NCBI GenBank assembly: GCA_965112155.1
Contig: OZ218098.1
Origin: Podarcis liolepis
Taxonomy: Eukaryota
Direction: 5' to 3' (one strand)
DNA: 64,000 nucleotides
Shown: in pieces, positions 50,601 through 63,707 of the stretch
Layout of the letters: each line of letters begins with the position of its first letter
How positions within the stretch are numbered: position 1 is the stretch's first letter
Notes under the pieces: generated by a model
The model's database searches: none
The model's input: only the letters and a program-made list of their open reading frames with translations
Told to the model about the DNA's origin: nothing
Translations under genes and position numbers: made by a program

Positions 50601-53600
50601 CCCTTGGTTCCCCAGCTGGTGCTTCCCACCACCCCTCTGTCTAGCCATTCCCTGACAAATAGTATGCCAGAAGCATTGATTTAGCTAAACACAGAGCTAA
50701 AATATTTGATTTTTATATAGGGTGGTGTGATTTTTACGTTGTGGTCAAACCAGGAGCATATGCTGCAACACTGAACAAAGATTGTTAGCTCTTAACTTTG
50801 TTACCTTTGTTCCTGTGAAGCTGTGATCTATTTTTATATTTTGTTTTTTCTTTAATGGTTGGTTGACCATATTGAGTATTTGATTGACTGATTCTATCAA
50901 AGCCTTTCCTCAGATTATGGAAAAGAGACCAAGTACAAACTAATATAACAATGAAGGGTACAGAAAATCTCCAAGTTTCCAATGGATCTTACATATGCTT
51001 CCCTACATATAAAGAGAAAAAATATATTAAACACATTTTCTTCCATTAGTAATGATAGGTAAATAAAAGTTGGGGAAGGCCAATATATGTTGAACAGCCC
51101 TTTTCTTTGCAGCTCATAAATCTTAGGAATTGTTGGGAAATGGAAATTTTGCCTTTGGTTTTGACTAACCAAAAGTTAGCATTAACATCCAAACATGAAC
51201 AAACTAGTTAGGCATAACTATGATTTTTATTTTTATTTTTAAGCCAGCTTCAAATTTGGCTTATGATACTGACTTGTTTTAGTTACTTTAATCTGCAGCT
51301 AATTTTAGATATGGTTAAGGGTGTAACACCAAATACAGTAGCAGAAAACAGAAGAGTGAACTTCTGAAGATACAATGTGAGAGAATAGGTGGGAGCAGCT
51401 CAGGCAGCCAAATTCAGAAAAATACAGTTCATATCTGAAGGAAGTTAATTGATAGTAAGTATAATTAATTGATAGTTGTAACATTTTAAACTGGATTTTA
51501 ATAAGACCTTTTTGTCACCCCCTTTCTCTTTTACCCTTTAGTTTTTGCAGAGTCATTATCCAACATTTCTTCTAAGTTCTGATGAAAGCAAAGTTAAGCT
51601 GAATGATCGTCATAAACTCCATTTTGGATCAACATCCCAAAGCATCCCTCAGAACCATGAGGTAAAGATGTCATCAGAAAAAGCAACAACAGGTTTACGG
51701 GAATATTCATCCGAATCCCATTGGTTTGATTTGAATGACTCCAAAGTCCAGCCAATCAGAGAGCAAGAGATTGAGAAACAGTTTCAGGGGAATGAGAGTG
51801 CCTACATGTTGTTCTATCGACAATCCCAAATGACAAGACCATCTGAAGGTACAAAAAGTATAGTGTGTGCTTTGTGTCTTCATATTGCTTTTGGTTATTT
51901 CCTCTTTATTAAACAGTCATGAAGTACCAGTTTGTATAAGGTTTAAAAAGACAAAATTTTAGAGACAAATGTTGAAATAACATAGATCAGAATGTTCCAC
52001 TGACTTCAGTAGCAAAACTTGTTATTAAGTGTTGTGAGGATTGTAGTCTTACCAAAACAGTTGTTGTGTTCTGAGCAGTTAGCGTTGGGGATTTCCATGA
52101 TCCTTCAGCATCTTTTTTGAGGAATGGAAGTTTTTGAGTGACATTCTCTTAGTTTGTAGTTTAATAAACTGTAAGCCAGAGGAAGAGTACCCTAGTGATG
52201 TAAAAAGGATATGCATGAAAATCCGAATTTCAGCACTTCCTAGCCCTTTTAATATGTGTTTTCAGTTATTCAATTAATTAGTTTATTTTGACACAGCTCG
52301 AGGAAATCCAAGATACCGGGTCCCCATCCATCTCTTGAATGAAATGGATGCCGCTAATATCAAACTGCAGAAGAAGAGGTACGTCAGCTCTGATGACAAA
52401 CGTGTGGTGTGTAGTGCATGCAGGGCTTCTGATCAGGATTGCAAAGATCATACAATCATCTTGCAGTCTTGGAAGCTTTTTGTTCCGGTGCAGGCTTCTA
52501 TGAACGGGAAGGCAAGGGAGGGGAGGGGAGGGGATAGTTGCAAAAACAAGCCACCCACAGCTTTCTTCTGCAAGCCCCCCACATCCCTTGCCACTTTCCA
52601 TGTTGTTCCAGAATCTCCGCCAATGTTCTTGAGCAATTGGATATCTGTGCAGGGGCGCAGAAGGAATGGGGAATCAACCAAATTACCTTTCTCCATTGTA
52701 ATCACAGAAGTCTTCACTGGATCAGAGAGCCTTCTCTGATCAGAGAATCAATTACACTTTTTGAAAATATTAAATTCCTTATAAAATTCCAGCACAGTGC
52801 AACATGCATAATTAGTAAAAAATAAATAAGACTTTTAGAATGATATTTTATGAAGTAAGATACAAATCAAACAACTTGTCTTTACTGTGGGAAGTTTCTG
52901 AAGGTATGATTTGTAAGAAAATTAAGATTTTTGTTCAATTGTGCTCAGATTTTCCACTGAACATGCTTTTCTGTTAATACTTTTTAAAGGGCAGAATATG
53001 ACTTGGCAAACAACAATATTGATTTACATCTCCATATATTTTCTCACTATAAATTTTACAATGGAGCTCTGCACCCAGCAGTTTCTCAGAAGGAAAGTGT
53101 TCTAGATCTTACGATTGATAAGAGAAAAACACTGGGAGAACTTCAGCAATTGGTATTTCAGGTATTTGCTGTTATTCTATTTCCCCAAACTTTCACTGAG
53201 TTTAAGTTTCTTTAGTAATAATAGGCTTGTAGAACAAGCAAGATTGTTTGCCTACATACTTTGATATGTACTTTAGTAACTTGTAGAGTGGATTACTATA
53301 AAATGACCCTTATGTATTATAAATTATTTAGTACTATGGCATCCTTCAGGAGAGCCACAGCTACTTGTGTGAATTGTTTATAAACAACATGATTTACGTA
53401 GCCATATCTGCATTTCTGAAATATATTCACTTTTTGTGAATAGTTGTTGGAATTTTGGGAAGGAAACCTTGTTCTCAGCCTTGCAAAGCTTCTTCCAGCT
53501 GGACTGCATATATACCAAACACTTGAAGGTAAGATATCTTTAAAATTACATACATGTAATTGTAAAAACAATCCCCCACTCCAAATACTTTTAAGGAGAT

Positions 53601-56600
53601 TATATGTATTTATTGGATTATGCTGGAGTGACCAGTTAATCCTTTCTTCAAAGATACGTATGCATCAAAAAGCATCTTGATTGCTATGGTAGACATCTTC
53701 GCTAATATCAGTTACCATAGAATTAAAATTTTATGTATGCCACATTTCTAATATGCACGATTACCTTCCTCTTTTAAACATGTCAGTGGGACACAGCATT
53801 GAGTCAATGAGGCATAGCAATAGTGGGGAACCTTTTTCAGCCCAGGTGTCAGTAGTGGGTATTTGTGCAAGAAGCCAAAAGTGGGTGGTGCAATGGACAC
53901 GACTTACCTTTGATATAGTAGATTACATCCAAAAGTCAGAAGGTTTCTACACACACACAATCTCTGTTCCCCATCTGCAGAACAAGGATGCATTCCAGCT
54001 GTGGAAAAACAGCTTGAGGAAGGCAGTGTTGATGAGTGGTTTGGCCTGCCCTGGGGAGAGAGGGGGTGACCTATGAAGAGTCCCAAGGGCTGGAAAGAAA
54101 ACTGAAGGGCAATAGCAGCTGGTCCATCAGGGCAAATGGGGCACTACTCAGCCAAACTCAGCCTGCCCTTAGTCAGCCCCCTCTCGCCTCCCCCCCATAA
54201 CTGTCAACGTTTCCCTTTTTTAAAGGGAAATTCCCTTATTCCAAATAGGATTCCTTGCAAGAAAAGGGAAAAGTTGACAACTATGCTTCCTCCTTACTTA
54301 CAACCAGCCCAAAGGATGGCACTGGCTCCTCCTTAGCCTCAGTGCTGCCTTCATAGAATTCAGCAGGGTATAAGAGGGGGACAAAGCCAGAAGTGGTTGG
54401 CTCTGGCTTAGCCTACTGTCTTCCTCCTTGCCTTCCACCTTACCCTGTTGCATCATGCTCCACAAAAGGCTGCATCTGGCCCCTGGGCTTGAGGCATAGG
54501 TATGTTGCCTTGTGTACATAAATAGCTGTTCCTGACCACGTGGTTGGATGTTTTTCTTTAAAATTATTTTGTGTTCCAAACGTCGTATCATAATGGGAGG
54601 GAGGGTGAGCTAAACTTACTCTCTCTGACTATTTTTCTATGTGCAATTATTAATCTGGAGGAACATTCAATCATGCGATTCCCTCACTTGGCAGTCTAAA
54701 ATTTGCTTAGAATGGGGTTGGGAGAACTGAGTGACGGAAAAAGAGTCCCCAAAGGGAGATGCACTCATTTCATTGCATGGAGCCACGTGATCTACAGAAG
54801 GCTAAATTCATCCTGCTGCATCTAGCAATCGAGTTTGTGCAAAGATACAATGTGAGGGTACCCTTGTGATGTAGCTTTGCACCTATATGGTACAAGTAGA
54901 TAAATGCTCACAAAGCTGTTTCTTCAAACTTCTTATGCCTGGCAGATTGGGGCTCCTATCTGCAGTGATTTCTGTGGGCATCCAGACTTAAAGAATATTC
55001 ACATGAAGTAGAAGTCTCTGGAGAGGGGAAATTAGCTGATGAGCAAAGATCTGTTAGTAGAGAGGTGGTAGCTTTTATTAGTTTGTTGAGCCATGGGAGA
55101 AAGGTGGCATTCCTACTATTCAGACTGGTAAAATAATAAATTTTAACACAGACATTTCAGAAGCAAATTTAAATAATTTTTATATCACTGTACTTCACAT
55201 TGGCAAAGACTTCTGGGCATAATGTTTCCTGGGCAGGTTAAGTGGTTACACTTGATGTAAGTGTTGCCACAAAGCTCTCTTACCCCAGTGCTGCATCTGT
55301 TGGACTGGACGAGGATCAGCTACATAGTTGCAGCTGGAAAGGCATACAAGCAATAGGTTTTTTTATATATGTGATCCTGTTGCAACCATCCAACAGTTTG
55401 ACTTCATCCCCAAAGGCGCAGTTCTCCATACTGTCTCCTGAGACAGACGTATGTCAACAACAACATAAACATACATGAAACACATCAAGGAAATACATTT
55501 TTAAAGATTCTTGTGTGGTGCTAATGAAAAATACCGTAGATTTGTCCTTTGTCTTGTTTACTAATTTTGGATGGTCCTACTATTTCTTTCCTATGTGGCA
55601 GAAGTATTAGACTGGCAAAAAGATCCAAATTCTTTCACAATACAGTGGTGCCCCGCAAGACGAATGCCTCGCAAGACGAAAAACTCGCTAGACGAAAAAG
55701 TTTTCCGTTTTTTGAGTCGTTCCGCAAGACGAATTTCCCTATGGGCTTGCTTTGCAAGACGAAACGTCTTGCGAGTTTGTTTCCTTTTTCTTAAAGCCGC
55801 TAAGCCGCTAATAGCCGCTAAGCCACTAATAGCCGTGCTTCGCAAGACGAAAAAACCGCATGACGAAGAGACTCGCGGAACGGATTAATTTCGTCTTGAG
55901 AGGCACCACTGTAAATCAGAACAAGCCTAACTAAAGAATACAGATTAATTAACTTGATGCTGTAAATTGGCTTTTGGGCTGCATAGTTTGGGGGTTTCCT
56001 CCGTTTCAGAAGGAGAAAGCATTTAGCTAATAAAGTTACACTTTACAGTGAAATGAAGTCAAATGTTGTTGGAGATTCTTTAGACATAATTGGCTTATAT
56101 AATTTTAAAGGGCCTTTTTACTTTTCAGTGTGTCTTTTTGGAGTTAAAAAACTATTTTGTTTGTCAGGGGATGATTCTACGTTGAGTGGCATTGGACTTT
56201 CTGATGGAGCCAATATATTCGTGTGGAATGGAAAAGAGGTACAAAACTATCTATTGTGAATGGGACAAACACATTTTGTTGTTTTTAAAGTTTATTTTCA
56301 CTTTAAAGCTTATTATTTGTTGAATTGCATACCATATCTTAATTAATGGCTAGAGTCTGTTTATGCCTAGAAGAAACATTGGTTTCATTTCCTTGTGGCA
56401 GTATCTTGTTGTTCTGCTATCATTCTTGTGTCATTTGCTTTTCTTGTTAGGAGTTTGCATACCTGTGCCAACTGTGTGCATATTATTTCAATTTTCACAA
56501 AGCTTAAAAATTAAATGATCGCCACAATAGTTCTCTCCCCCCCCCCCACAATTTTACTATTGTATAGCTCACATTTTTTCTCAACTAGTGGCTAAATGGA

Positions 56601-59600
56601 TTTTTTATGAACGTTCTGTGTTTTATTTTGATTTGTGGTTGAAAATGGACTTTGTTGTTGGGTGTTCATGCTATGCATTTTAAACATTTGTGGTGTGGTA
56701 ATGTATTATGTTTTTACCTGCAAGTTACCTAGAGGCATTTCACCCCCTTCTGAATAGTTGCATATGAATGGATACTAACATCTATTTGAATGCTTTAGTT
56801 AAGATTCCTGCTTTGCAGGGGGTTGGACTAAATGACTCTTGGGGTCCTTTCCAACTCTACAATTTAATGATTCTAAGATCGGACTTGAATGATTTACTGC
56901 TTTGTATGTTTATGAACATTTAGTGATTTAATAAGAATACAGTAAAATTACCTGCCTTTGAAATCAATTAAATATTTCAACACAGAGGCTTGCCAACTCC
57001 CTGATTAAAGCCTTCCCATTTTATTACACCTTAACAAATTTTTGAATATTAATTCAGGATATTGCTCATAGTATACTGCTTGTGGCATACAAGGAAGATC
57101 ATGGTTTTACAGAAACCTGCACTTGAAGCATTAACTAAATGTTCTCTCAGCTCATTATCTGTGCTCAAATAATTTCTACTTGGTTTCTATAGGTTGATGG
57201 AGTGGAAGTTCTGACTGGCATTGACCATGAACCTGTTCTTATAAACGTTCTTCGTTTAGCTGGACATAACGAAGGACGAGTGGGACAGCAATTTATGGAA
57301 TCCCAGCATGTATTTCCATGTAGTTCGAACCTGAGAGCTATTTGTGATGCTTTAATGTCACCCGAAGGGATTGTCTTAAAGAACCATTCAGGGCCTGAGA
57401 AAGACTCTGAAAACTGGAAAGTCATTCCTGAAGAAGATATGAAACAGACGCTCAGAAATATTGGGCTCAGGAATGGAAGCTCAATCCTAGTTTTAGACAG
57501 CCATGACCAAAGGTAAATCTTGTGAATTGAATTGAGATTAAGTATTTATTCTCCTTTGATTTTTCATTGTGTAATTCAGTGGTGGAAAGCTATATGGCAA
57601 GCCAGTTAGGTGTTTGGTGATTTAAAAAAAACCCTCTAGGACCCATTCAATATTGAGGGCAGTTTATGAGGAAAGAATGGGAAATGGCCATCGCAGTGCC
57701 CACTCACACAGGTGGCTCTTGACTGTGATCCAAGTGAGACTCTGCAGAGGTCCTAATTTTCCCGTGAGGCAGTTTTCCCTAAGCCACACCCACCTGCCCT
57801 ATATTTTACCTAATATGTAACATTAAGTGTGGGACAGGTGTTGATGTGACGGCAAAGAAACTTCCTATAGTTTCTTGGCAAACTGGGTTTGTTCTTGGTG
57901 CGTTTTAAATTTGGCCCCAAATGCAAGCCGTACTGGGACTGGTTCCACTTGGGAGCTCCTGATCAGAATTCCCAAGTGCAGCCAATCCCTGCCGGAAGGA
58001 AGGTTTGTAGGGATTTGTTGGTGAGACCTGCAATCCCTATTTTGATAGGGGATTGCAGCCTGTCTGGAGTTTAAGCCAGACTGCAAAGGAAGAAAGGAAA
58101 AAATTAGAGCGCACTTAAAGTGCCGTCCCAATACTTTCCTTTGAAGATTGGCCACCTGAAGCCATGGTGGCACCAGGTGATTGACAGGTAGGCACCCCAC
58201 CCACCTGTCAAAGTGGCCCACAAGGGGTGGAGGAGCCTTACTTAATCCCGTTTAACCCTGAAGAGGCTATTAGGGTTGGGGGCTGTGCCTTGCATTGTAC
58301 CCTGCATTGCATAAGAAGGCTTCAGCAGTGGGAGAGGACACTTTTTTCCTTTCTTGTTCTCTAGAAATGTCTTGCTCCATCCTGCTAAGGCTTTCAGGTT
58401 CAAGCTGACAGTGACAGGTTGTTTCAGGAGAGTGAGAAATGAAATATTTCAACCCTTTCTCCTCCCGCTCCCAGTTTTTTCTCACCTCCCCCTCCCCCTG
58501 TGTGCCCTGAAGAGTGCTGCAAGGCACCTATTCCAGGTAACCTGGGACCATGAACAGGAATTCTCCTACTAGTGGCTGTGACCGTAATGCTTTTCTTTTT
58601 TTTTTGCATATGCCACCACTTTATAAACATCTTTGATATAATTCAAGTGGGATTCTGTTGTCCTACTTCTACCACCACCTCTTTCCACTATCTCAAGGAC
58701 TCACAGCTGGTAACAATGTTTTTACAACCAGAAGCATAAATATATTGAGCAAGGTCCATCAGTCTGTAGCTGCAGCCTGGTGTAAAGCTCAGTGGAGCCC
58801 CTTTTCTTTCCCTCCTCTCTTACACGATTTAGGGCAAAGAACATGTAGGCAAGAGATTTGTTCTCTATTTAAGAGTATTTGCTAAAAGTCATGCCAGCTG
58901 AGAAGTTTTATATGAAAAGGACTTATCACAGTAAATAATTCTGAATGTGACTGGGATGTGTATTTCAGAATCTGCTTTCCTTTTCAACATTTCCTTCTAA
59001 TCCTTTTGTGCTGGAGCTCTTTTTCAAGATGCCTAAATTACACTGCTGCCTTTTCTGTCTCTTTCCAGAGATCCACTTCTGTGAGAGAACCTAAATTTAG
59101 TTTCATTCCCACATTTTATTACCTAAACCCACCAATATTGAGAGTTCTTGTATCATTTTGTATAGTTTCATTTCTTTTGATGTGGGAATGCATATTTCCA
59201 GTGTACTTTGTTAGAGATTCTGTGCTGGCCCCATCACATTAGTACCCATATACATGATGTCAGCAGGCTTTGACTGGATCTGGGTCCTGGATTATGTGCA
59301 GTCAAACTGGAATTTTAAGGCACCTGAAGGGTTTCTGTGGGAATAGGATTCATAGGACATACTTTAAGAAATATATGGGTGGATGTTCCAGTATAGGAAA
59401 TTAACATATAGACAACGTTGAAGTGTTTTATCAGCTGTGGTCTGAGCTGGCCATAAAAATGCCAGCATTGCATCCTGAGGTATAGCGGTCCATCAGATTA
59501 TCCAAAACTAGTGTTGTTAGTTACGCAGTTGGCTCAATCAGCAGCAAATATGGCTAAAAATCGCCACCAGAAGATTTAAACCATAGCTACCATGGATGGG

Positions 59601-62600
59601 TTCCAAAGCTTCTGCGGGTTCCCTCAAGGACTCTATGCCATATCAAAAACTGCTTTTGAAAGTCTCACTGATTTCAAAAGGTGATTGCTCTGCACCACAC
59701 TTTTCAAGCAGTCAGAAGCCCCCAAACCCTTTGGACCCAGAATTCTAAGGGATCTGTAGCCCATGGGTTGAAAGGTTTGAACGGATTTGCACTAAATATA
59801 TGTACCGTATTTTTCACCCTATAGGACGCACCGTCCCATAAGACGCACCTAGTTTTTTTGGGGGGAAATAAAGGGGAAAAAATTATTTCCCCCCAGGCGC
59901 GGGGCTGGGGCAGCCTGAGCTTCCCCCGATCCCAGCCCCCAAACAGGCAGCTCTCTGCAAGCCGTGGGAGCCCAGCGGTGGCTCCCGCTGCTTGCCGAGA
60001 GGTCCGCGAAGCCTGCACGCGCTGAGATCAGCGTGCGCAGGCTTCGGGATGCCGGCAACTCTCCCCAAGCAGCGGGAGCGTTCCCGCTGCTTGAGGAGAG
60101 ATCCGCGAAGCCTGGAGAGCGAGAGGGGTCGGTGCGCACCTACCGCTCTCGCTCTCCAGGCTTCAGCGAAAGCCTGCATTCGCCCCATAGGACGCACCCA
60201 CATTTCCCTTTCATTTTTGGAGGGGAAAAAGTGCGTCCTATAGGGCGAAAAATACGGTATGTGCAACTGCATTCATCTTGATATGCAGCTGGTTATCTTT
60301 TTCCTTTGGACTAAAATCTAGGTTGAAATCTGCTTGGAGCAGACATTAAGGCACTAAGATTATTTAACTTAGAAGTGTGCCATACATATTCATTGCAGTG
60401 TTTGAGTAATTAATAAATAACCAAAAGGGGAGAAGGATAAAGAACAAGAAATCTAGTAGGCACATGATACTGACTAAAATCAAATTTACCACCTGGTGTT
60501 GTGACTTCTGACACTTGCATGTCTAGTACTGCCCACTACAGTGTCTCCTTAATGACAATGGGGGACTGGGGTTGTGCTGTGACTGATATTTGCAATATTA
60601 GTTTATTACATAAGAATGAGACCCTACCTTGCTGGGTCATTTAGTTGCTTAGATTAGTACCATTGTTTAGAATTCATTTCCCTGCATTTTGTCTTACATG
60701 TGGTGCACAATTATGCATTCTAAGCATGTGTTGTTTGCAGCATGGTGAATGTGGCAGGCGGCAATTTGACTGCTTTTACGCATGATATCAGCTGGTTACA
60801 AGTAAAAAATTTCTGTAGATTGGAGGCTGAAGAGATACAAGTTAAAATTACTGCAACTATTGAAACAGTAAGTAAAGCAACTGTGATTGCACGGCTCTGA
60901 GAGATTTCATCTCCACTGATTCATTTCCTTCCATTCAATTCAGCTCATCTACTTTGTTTTGCTTTCCAAATTGTCCAAGTCCAGAAAGCTGTTTACCTTG
61001 TTACTTTTGCCTGCTTGTGTTTTAGATGCTTATAGGAAAGTAGGAAGATGTGCATATATTTGTAACACCCCTAGTGTCAGCTGTGAACGTGAGGACTGAT
61101 TCACACATTGCTTTTTAAACTAGGGCACAGAAACACACGTTTAAAGTGCTAAACACATATGGTAGATATACATTTAAATAGCTTTGCTTGTCTTCAATAA
61201 ATGGGTTGTACTCAGTACGGTGTTAAACAGATGGTACATCAGCACAAGAATTTCTCCTTGCACGGCAGGGCAGCCACCCCCTCTCCTCCCTGTGCACCCC
61301 CTAAATCTGCTGTGGGGTTTCCTCCACCCTCTGGAGCAGTTCAGGGGATGAGGCAGGGGCACACGCAAGGGAAGGAGGGGGAAACCACATTGTGCTGGCA
61401 CTTTGTGCTGTTTAGTTTCATACAACCTGGTGTATTTATATATTTACTGTTTGTACTTGGGCACATATGTTTGGTATTTGCAGCTGACTCCTTGCATAAT
61501 TCCAATACACGTGTTACTGGACATCTTGTCCTTTACCTGCATGCATCTTAAGAACACAAGTTGGGAAGTGTGATGTAGTCTATTACAAAAAAGGACTGAA
61601 ATGCAATTAAAATACGTAAACAAGTTCCATATTACACACTTTTTGTGTCAAGGAAGTTAAAAATGTTTTAGTAATAGCTCACTAGGTTATGGAGAAACAT
61701 AATTGATGCAAGTTGGGGAGATTCTTTTGCAAATAGCTGCATTTTTTGGCTCAATAATACATTTAAGTCTATATTCATAGTCAACATACCTGATTGACTT
61801 TTCTATATAAGGTTTTTCCTGTTCAGCTTATTCATCTGAAAATATACCAGGTTTTATAGGAGTAAAAGAAATGCAGTAAAATGAATTTTTTGGCTGCTAA
61901 TAAAAATGTTTCAGCCATCAGCTGTTAAGGGGGTTAAGTACTAAAACATAAACATTTATGAAATCTGCATTCCTTTGCTGAATGACATTTGCATTTAATT
62001 AATGGTTTTTATTTTAGGTGATGGCAGACATCAGGATTAAAGCAATAGAAGAAATGCAGCTGGACAAGGAGCTAGGTAAAATAGTTTTGCAAAATTTAAT
62101 TTTGTTCAGTTGGTTATTTCAGAGTAGGTGTTGAAGATATCAAGTGGTATCAGATCCAACAAAAGCTGCTACTGGAGGAATTTTCCTCCATTTCTTCCTT
62201 ACCTCTGTGGCAGCTTTTAAGAGGCTATAGGCGGCTGCAGGAGGAAGGATGAGTAGGTGAAAACAGCTTCCATTCACCCTGAAGTGCATTTCCTCCAGCA
62301 GGAGCAACCTTGGGAGCAGAATTATATGCATGGGACATGTTAATCCAACCCATTTATTCTTTTGTTTAAATCGTAGATAAAAAAATAGGCATGTGGGTTT
62401 CTATCCGTTCTAACAGAAACTGCTAACAAAATGTATTTGTGTACATACAAAAGCTATCAAGGGAAGATGTTTGGTATGGACAGAAGAAATGGTAATTGCA
62501 TATTATTATACAGGCATGAGAGCACCTGTGTGATTAAGGCAGAGGGATCAAGCACTTTCTACTACAGTAAGTCTACAACATACACAGGGGTTACATTCTG

Positions 62601-63518
62601 AAGATCACACCTAAAGCCAAAATCACATAGAGACAAAACTCATTAGATTCAGTGGCAGGTGGGATTGCCAAAGTCATCTTTCCCAGAACCCTGCCCCCTT
62701 TCCATTTATATTTTTGCCACAAACATAAAGCTGAATGTGCATGAGTTAAATGCACATAAGTTGTGAGCTTACTGTGTTTCAAAGACTGAACATTATAATC
62801 GTTCTAAAAATAAGACAATTTGCCCCAACCACACAGTTCATTTTCTGGAAATGTTTACACATGCCCTTGAACATCACATGTATCTATTTTTGTAAATGTT
62901 TCTAATCTCAAATTAATTTAATTTCATTGTTTGAAATTTGTTTCTCTATTTTGAAACACATATACTCTGGCTTGGAAGGGATAGCTCAGTCAGTAGAGCA
63001 TGAGATTCTTAATCTGAAGGTTGTGGGTTTGAGCCCCACACTGGGCAAAAAGATTCCTACATTGCAAGTGGTTGGACTAGATAACCCTTGTGGTCCTTTC
63101 CAACTCTACAATTCTGTGATACTAAGACCCTGATGTTGGGAAAGATGGAGGGCACAAGGAGAAGGGGACGACAGGGGACGAGATGGTTGGGACAGTGTTC
63201 TCGAAGCTACCAGCATGCGTTTGACCAAACTGCAGGAGGCAGCGGAAGACAGGAGTGCCTGGCGTGCTCTGGTCCAGGGGGTCACAAAGAGGCTGACACG
63301 ACTAAACAACAACAACAACATTTTGTTCTGCATTCGAACCTGGAGGAGCAATTGGCCATTCAATTAAATTGTCTTTCTATTAATGAGGTGAAGAAAAATT
63401 CAGGCAAATGAAACTTCATAGATTTGTATTGATTCCATCTTTATTCTCTTTTTTCATGCTGCAGTTAACAATAGCTGTCTCAGGCCCATTAGCAGAAATG
63501 GAAAACTTCTTTGTCCAG
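41462..63518 (+). CDS. USP40: Ubiquitin carboxyl-terminal hydrolase 40, 18 coding exons in the window (3' end outside)
   Basis: Exons join with consistent phases and GT-AG ends; Cys box NQGGTCYLNS, QHDVQE, His box GGHY and WFDLND are intact; colinear with recalled human USP40; head-to-head with UGT1A as in mammals. Confidence 0.95.
42539..42606 (+). CDS. USP40: USP40 coding exon 2
   Basis: ALFSIGPEELGSLEDNSKPESK. Confidence 0.92.
42637..42725 (+). mobile_element. tRNA-derived squamate SINE head fragment
   Basis: AGCCAGTGTGGTGTAGTGG...GGGTTCG box A/B-like motifs. Confidence 0.6.
42835..43317. mobile_element. Tc1/mariner-type MITE, family C (GC-rich)
   Basis: TA|CCGTATTTTTCGCCCCATAGG...CCTATAGGACGAAAAATACGG|TA. 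Confidence 0.88.
43521..43721. mobile_element. Tc1/mariner MITE, family A (short)
   Basis: TA-flanked TIRs. Confidence 0.85.
43808..43921 (+). CDS. USP40: USP40 coding exon 3
   Basis: VRIIPLQLQRLFAQLLLLDQHAASTTDLTDSFGWNSNE. Confidence 0.93.
45161..45325 (+). CDS. USP40: USP40 coding exon 4
   Basis: EMRQHDVQELNRILFSALE...CKECKNVSERQ. Confidence 0.93.
46007..46153 (+). CDS. USP40: USP40 coding exon 5
   Basis: EDFLDLTVAVKDVSGLEEALWNMYVEEE...CGACNKLVEATK. Confidence 0.93.
46410..46816 (+). mobile_element. L1-clade 3' end fragment
   Basis: AATAAA and A-rich tail; perfect 18-bp TSD CAAAATGGTGCCCTGGAT (46392-46409, 46817-46834). Confidence 0.85.
47425..47568 (+). CDS. USP40: USP40 coding exon 6
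   Basis: SAKLRKLPPFLTISLLRFNF...INLKPFCEQ. Confidence 0.93.
47866..48202 (-). mobile_element. Sauria SINE
   Basis: Minus strand starts GGGATGCGGGTGGCACTGTG and ends in (ACCTTT) repeats; TSD TGTCTGAG; nested in an older SINE-like repeat. Confidence 0.85.
48510..48638 (+). CDS. USP40: USP40 coding exon 7
   Basis: TEVDDFKYMYELFSVIIHKGGCYGGHYHVYIRDIDELGNWQVL, donor gtaagt. Confidence 0.92.
49280..49381 (+). CDS. USP40: USP40 coding exon 8 (acceptor uncertain)
   Basis: EESNMNDEDKDLKDIENAKEKENPLRILRNILLE; GAG acceptor. Confidence 0.75.
49941..50048 (+). CDS. USP40: USP40 coding exon 9
   Basis: EESKEIAVDRLAQKLLEKKSVSWNKKYRKQHGPIRK. Confidence 0.92.
50130..50657 (-). mobile_element. Putative solo LTR related to 24311-24689
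   Basis: Minus strand begins TGTCAGGGAATGG; left boundary approximate. Confidence 0.4.
51542..51848 (+). CDS. USP40: USP40 coding exon 10
   Basis: FLQSHYPTFLLSSDES...HWFDLNDSKVQPIRE...SAYMLFYRQ. Confidence 0.93.
52297..52378 (+). CDS. USP40: USP40 coding exon 11
   Basis: RGNPRYRVPIHLLNEMDAANIKLQKK. Confidence 0.92.
52990..53161 (+). CDS. USP40: USP40 coding exon 12
   Basis: AEYDLANNNIDLHLH...NGALHP...DKRKTLGELQQLVFQ. Confidence 0.92.
53444..53528 (+). CDS. USP40: USP40 coding exon 13
   Basis: LLEFWEGNLVLSLAKLLPAGLHIYQTLE. Confidence 0.92.
54196..54285. mobile_element. Short hAT-type MITE related to 33492-33646
   Basis: CATAACTGTCAAC...GTTGACAACTATG; degenerate 8-bp flanks. Confidence 0.7.
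55643..55911. mobile_element. Tc1/mariner MITE, family B
   Basis: TA-flanked TIRs as at 33932. Confidence 0.9.
56168..56238 (+). CDS. USP40: USP40 coding exon 14
   Basis: DDSTLSGIGLSDGANIFVWNGKE. Confidence 0.9.
57193..57512 (+). CDS. USP40: USP40 coding exon 15
   Basis: VDGVEVLTGIDHEP...GLRNGSSILVLDSHDQ. Confidence 0.92.
59805..60257. mobile_element. Tc1/mariner-type MITE, family C (opposite orientation to 42835)
   Basis: TA|CCGTATTTTTC...GAAAAATACGG|TA. Confidence 0.88.
60741..60867 (+). CDS. USP40: USP40 coding exon 16
   Basis: MVNVAGGNLTAFTHDISWLQVKNFCRLEAEEIQVKITATIET. Confidence 0.9.
62018..62075 (+). CDS. USP40: USP40 coding exon 17
   Basis: VMADIRIKAIEEMQLDKEL. Confidence 0.9.
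62975..63122 (+). mobile_element. tRNA(Lys)-derived SINE with a CR1-like tail
   Basis: GATAGCTCAGTCAGTAGAGCATGAGATTCTTAATC...GGGTTTGAGCCCCAC head followed by GGTCCTTTCCAACTCTACAATTCT tail; tail-only copy near 56800-56875. Confidence 0.8.
63123..63320 (+). mobile_element. RTE-BovB 3' end
   Basis: KTLMLGKMEGTRRRGRQ..RW ORF end and (CAA)n tail. Confidence 0.85.
63465..63518 (+). CDS. USP40: USP40 coding exon 18
   Basis: NNSCLRPISRNGKLLCP, donor gtaag. Confidence 0.9.
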
Positions 63519-63707
63519 GTAAGCTCACATATCAGTCCTCCAAATACAGCTTAATGCAGCTGTATGTTTATGGTTGTGCTATCGTTTTTTTAAACAGAAG
63601 AAGTAGGGTTTGTGATCAGGCAACCATTTGTTTTGTCTATGTTATTTGCAGCTTTTTTTAATTAGACATCAGATTCAGCTATACAGCAGCAGATAAAAAG
63701 TTTAAAG

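Noticed and set aside
50129-50644. 171-aa Ser-rich ORF in a USP40 intron
   Set aside because: Coincides with an antisense LTR-like repeat; flanking USP40 exons join correctly without it
62975-63055. tRNA-Lys-like sequence
   Set aside because: Stems are degenerate and it runs into a CR1-like tail, so it is a SINE head rather than a tRNA gene
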